In this document: piece after piece, positions 60,780 to 64,000 of the stretch
How the letters are laid out: each line of letters begins with the position of its first letter
Position numbering within the stretch: position 1 is the stretch's first letter
IMG/VR virus record: IMGVR_UViG_3300027792_000292
Span: 32,001 to 96,000 of that record
Strand: one strand, 5' to 3'
Origin: a virus
Length of the DNA stretch: 64,000 nt
The notes under the pieces: generated by a model
What the model saw: only the letters and a program-made list of their open reading frames with translations
The model's database searches: none
Told to the model about the DNA's origin: nothing
Made by a program: the position numbers and the translations under genes

Positions 60780-61034
60780 ATGAAACTAAATAAGAAAGAA
60801 AAGTATTATTCTATTGTATGTACTGATGGGCCAGAAGATGATGGATATTGGATGGCGCATGAGGGGTCACTAAGGAAAGCAAGAGTAGAGTACAAGAAAG
60901 CTTCAAAACACTTTTTGAAGGATAAAGGAGGATTTATTGGTAGTAAACCAGAAATTCTCCTTGTTAAAGTAGAAAAAATAGAGAAAATAACTATATTGAA
61001 CTCTATACCACTTAAAAAGATGGGTGAGGTATAA
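60780..61034 (+). CDS. hypothetical protein
   Basis: 84-aa ORF. Confidence 0.45.
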   Translation: MKLNKKEKYYSIVCTDGPEDDGYWMAHEGSLRKARVEYKKASKHFLKDKGGFIGSKPEILLVKVEKIEKITILNSIPLKKMGEV

Positions 61035-61082
61035 ATAATATTCGGCAAATATTGTAAGAAATAAAAAGTTTAAGGAGATAAA

Positions 61083-61289
61083 ATGTACATATCAGAAGTA
61101 ATCGCTAAGTTATCGGATATTCAAAAACAACATGGGGACCTTATTTGTGTAGTGAGGGCAGATCATGAATATTGGGGATGTGTTGATTCAGTATTTGATG
61201 AGTCTTCTTTATATGTTAAAGAAAATTGCCAACCTGATGGCCCTAAAAGCGGAAAATCCGAAAAAGGTGTTGTTTTTTATGCAGATTAA
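61083..61289 (+). CDS. hypothetical protein
   Basis: AAGGAG RBS; M.ISEVI..L......HGD common phage N-terminus. Confidence 0.55.
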   Translation: MYISEVIAKLSDIQKQHGDLICVVRADHEYWGCVDSVFDESSLYVKENCQPDGPKSGKSEKGVVFYAD

Positions 61290-61304
61290 ACTTCGAACAG
61301 CAGC

Positions 61305-61826
61305 GTGAGGCATATGTTAAAATATATATTGATATCATTAATCATGCTCTATTTCATAGGGTGCTCTCCCAAACAAACTATCAATGAACCGTACAGCTTC
61401 ATGCCTAAGTACATGAATCTAGATAGTATAGGATTATCGCTACCCGCACTCCCGGATAGTTTAGCTAACAAAAACGCTTTGGGGTACAAAGCAAAGCCTC
61501 TCTTTGGTGGTAAATACATAGAAGGAAAAGATACTTCTATGTTGCCTCCTGGAGTCCTTATCAGTGAAAAGAATGCAGTACAATATATCTTCTATGAAGC
61601 AGCTTATAAAAGAGTCAGCCTTGAATTAGACTATTCTAAGTTTCTATGTAAGGACTATTATGATAAGTCTTTAGCAGCTGAGAAGCTGTACCAGGGTGAA
61701 ATCAAGAGGCTCAGAAAAGAAGTAAAGCGCTCTTGGGCAGAACAGAATATCCCCTACATAGCTTTCATTTGTGGTATTACTTCAGCTATTCTTACGGAAT
61801 GGGCAGTTTTACATGTTTCTAAATAG
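61305..61826 (+). CDS. lipoprotein with C-terminal TM helix (spanin-like architecture)
   Basis: Signal peptide ending FIG-C; coiled coil; C-terminal IPYIAFICGITSAILTEWAVL. Confidence 0.5.
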   Translation: MRHMLKYILISLIMLYFIGCSPKQTINEPYSFMPKYMNLDSIGLSLPALPDSLANKNALGYKAKPLFGGKYIEGKDTSMLPPGVLISEKNAVQYIFYEAAYKRVSLELDYSKFLCKDYYDKSLAAEKLYQGEIKRLRKEVKRSWAEQNIPYIAFICGITSAILTEWAVLHVSK

Positions 61827-61902
61827 TGAAATTATTTCAATTTAAAAAGTTATAACCAAATAGTACATTACATAGCTATTCTTTATACAAAGAAAGGGAT
61901 TT

Positions 61903-63660
61903 ATGGATACTGTAAAGAACTCCTCCTTGAATAGAACCTCTGTAGCAGATACGTTTTTTTCTCAAATAAAACAAACTTTGGATAAAAAAAGAAAGGCTGC
62001 AAAAAGGGGGAAGACCTTGGCATCCTTATTTGGCGAGCTTAGAAAAAGAGAGGATAGTGATGATGAGAAAGTAGCAGAAAACCATATTTCCCCTACTTCT
62101 AAATCAAATAAAATTTTAGCCCTTGCTAACTTTCTTCTTGAAGAATACGGCGGACCTCGATTCCTAATAGAATTAGCGGATACTGTCTTAGACTTTGCTG
62201 GTGAGCTACTTCCAGAGAAGAAAAAGTACCAATCCATTGTTGACGCTTTGAAATATACACTTCCTGGTACTATTGCTACGTATGACCTATATAAGAGGGT
62301 TAATAAGTTTCTAAATAGGCAAGATAAAAATACTACATATGATGACCAGCTATTTAAGATTCTAACGTTACTTGGTCTTTCTTTAGAGAACTATGATTAC
62401 ATAGCTAGTTATGATGTAGATAAAATTGGAAGAGAGGTAGTCGCTTGGATATTGAATAAGCCTAAAACAGAAGGGTTTAAGATACTGGGGTATTTTGGGA
62501 CTACACTTGAACCTATAGATCCAAAGTCTTTGGGGGAGAAGACCACTGAGGTATTCATATTAATAGAGATTGGTAATACAAAACTTGTATGGTATCTTGA
62601 GGTAAAGAACAATGACTTCGGTATTATTTTATACCAGTCTTCTATATACGGAATAGCTGATAAGACTATATCTAAAAAGAAGACTATAGAATTTAGGATT
62701 TCTATTATAAAGGAATTTATTAAGAGTTTTGATATCAAGAACAATGTTCTGATATACAAGACCGGGTTGATACCTAGAGAAAGGATAGTTATCGAAGAGG
62801 GCATTAATCAATTTGATGTTCACGGGTTAGCTACTGAGATAAGGAAGGTTCTTGCTATAGGGAAGAAGAGAGGCTATGCTTTAGTTGGTCTCCCTGGGAC
62901 AGGTAAGACTTCTATAGTGCTGAAGCTGGAGGATATGATTAGAGAATACCCCTTTATTTATTTATCTCCTTCTGAATTTGAGTATAAAGAAGAAATTAAA
63001 GAAGTTTTTTCTATTATACGTTGTATACAGCCTTGTATTGTAGTTCTTGAGGATTTAGATTCCTACAATTTTAAATCAAAGACAGAGAGACTAGGTATTT
63101 TCCTTAACGAAATAGACGCTGTACGTGGGGACCTGAATGTCGCTTTTATAGCATCAGTAAACGATACTAGTAATGTTCATTATTCTTTGATAAATCGTCC
63201 AGGGCGTTTTGACCAAGTTATGATGATACATCCTCCTTTGGAACAAACTGAGGTCTATCAAATCATGAGAACAAAGTTTCATAAAGAACTAAGGCAGTTT
63301 CACAAAGAGGCATCGGAATGTTTTTTAGTATCTTGGGAGGATATTAATAAAGACCTATTACAGAAGGCACTAACTAATAGATTGACTCAAGTAGATGTAT
63401 GTGATATTATTGAGAGATGCTTGCTTGAATCTACATCTATAGATAATAACCTGATAGAAAAAAGTTTGAATGCTTTGCTTTCTACTAAGAAAGCTATAAA
63501 AGAGTGCAACTTCAAGGACCAAGACCCAAATAGTGTTATTATTATTGAGGCTGAAGATAATGGTATAACTGAGGCTCCTTGTCAGGCTATAAATACAAGG
63601 GAATATGCCGAAGAACAAGCATCAGAAGAAGCAGAGATCCAATCAATTTTTAGTAAATAG
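61903..63660 (+). CDS. AAA+ ATPase
   Basis: GLPGTGKT, VVLEDLD, NRPGRFD. Confidence 0.88.
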   Translation: MDTVKNSSLNRTSVADTFFSQIKQTLDKKRKAAKRGKTLASLFGELRKREDSDDEKVAENHISPTSKSNKILALANFLLEEYGGPRFLIELADTVLDFAGELLPEKKKYQSIVDALKYTLPGTIATYDLYKRVNKFLNRQDKNTTYDDQLFKILTLLGLSLENYDYIASYDVDKIGREVVAWILNKPKTEGFKILGYFGTTLEPIDPKSLGEKTTEVFILIEIGNTKLVWYLEVKNNDFGIILYQSSIYGIADKTISKKKTIEFRISIIKEFIKSFDIKNNVLIYKTGLIPRERIVIEEGINQFDVHGLATEIRKVLAIGKKRGYALVGLPGTGKTSIVLKLEDMIREYPFIYLSPSEFEYKEEIKEVFSIIRCIQPCIVVLEDLDSYNFKSKTERLGIFLNEIDAVRGDLNVAFIASVNDTSNVHYSLINRPGRFDQVMMIHPPLEQTEVYQIMRTKFHKELRQFHKEASECFLVSWEDINKDLLQKALTNRLTQVDVCDIIERCLLESTSIDNNLIEKSLNALLSTKKAIKECNFKDQDPNSVIIIEAEDNGITEAPCQAINTREYAEEQASEEAEIQSIFSK

Positions 63661-63707
63661 TCTACTGCTATTTGGAGAACTTTTGATTAACGTATATAAG
63701 AGTAAGG

Positions 63708-64000
63708 ATGGTAAAAATGAATGACAGGTTAAAACGCTATGAGTTAGTTACCGATGTGTGCCTACCTAGGCGAATACCGATAATTGCAAGATTAGATGGG
63801 AAGGCATTCCATACTTATACACAAGGAATGAAGCGTCCTTTTGATGAAGATTTTAGGAGCATAATGGAGTATACAGCATATAGATGCTGTAAGCTTGTCG
63901 AAGGCTGTAGATTTGGTTATACACAATCAGATGAGATATCTTTGTTACTTGTAGATTATGCCACTCACGATACAGAAGCTTGGTTCGATTATAGACTATC
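63708..64000 (+). CDS. Thg1-like tRNA(His) guanylyltransferase/3'-5' polymerase (3' partial, not in ORF track)
   Basis: Translated by hand: MVKMNDRLKRYE...IIARLDGKAFHTYT...KRPFD...GYTQSDEISL...AWFD. Confidence 0.88.
   Translation, partial: MVKMNDRLKRYELVTDVCLPRRIPIIARLDGKAFHTYTQGMKRPFDEDFRSIMEYTAYRCCKLVEGCRFGYTQSDEISLLLVDYATHDTEAWFDYRL

Noticed and set aside
2352-63618. Most short minus-strand ORFs in the track
   Set aside because: They are antisense shadows of long plus-strand genes with no motifs; only 43306-43722 is accepted
1-64000. Genome-wide stop-codon reassignment
   Set aside because: Code 11 gives dense full-length genes, and TAG and TGA both end well-defined genes

Overview
AT-rich, gene-dense segment of a large (probably jumbo) tailed bacteriophage genome, using the standard code with almost all genes on +. 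1-20.3 kb: virion genes (PKD/beta-helix adhesin-like giants, collagen-like proteins, baseplate/tail proteins). 20.4-37.5 kb: replication and metabolism (SNF2, loader-like protein, DnaB, stand-alone CHC2 Zn finger, PolA, sigma-like factor, MBL hydrolase, intein-split ThyX, HNH, NAD ligase, ParB). 39-64 kb: accessory region. The main discovery is at 45.3-52.9 kb: a tandem array of seven structured ncRNA units sharing one covarying scaffold (stem-TC...GRTGC(G/A)TACATT-cargo-GCAYY-N4-ACTY-stem). Each unit carries a different tRNA-derived cargo (intact, acceptor-less, or circularly permuted at different points). The array lies directly upstream of a ubiquitin-like protein, a TROVE/Ro60-like vWA protein, a candidate E2, a JAB protease and a ThiF/E1, with RNA-repair enzymes (Rnl1, Thg1, nucleotidyltransferase, phosphoesterases) nearby. 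Also seen: attC-like cassettes, two promoter classes and a Zn-finger gene split by TGA. All calls come from motifs read by eye; no database search or folding program was run.
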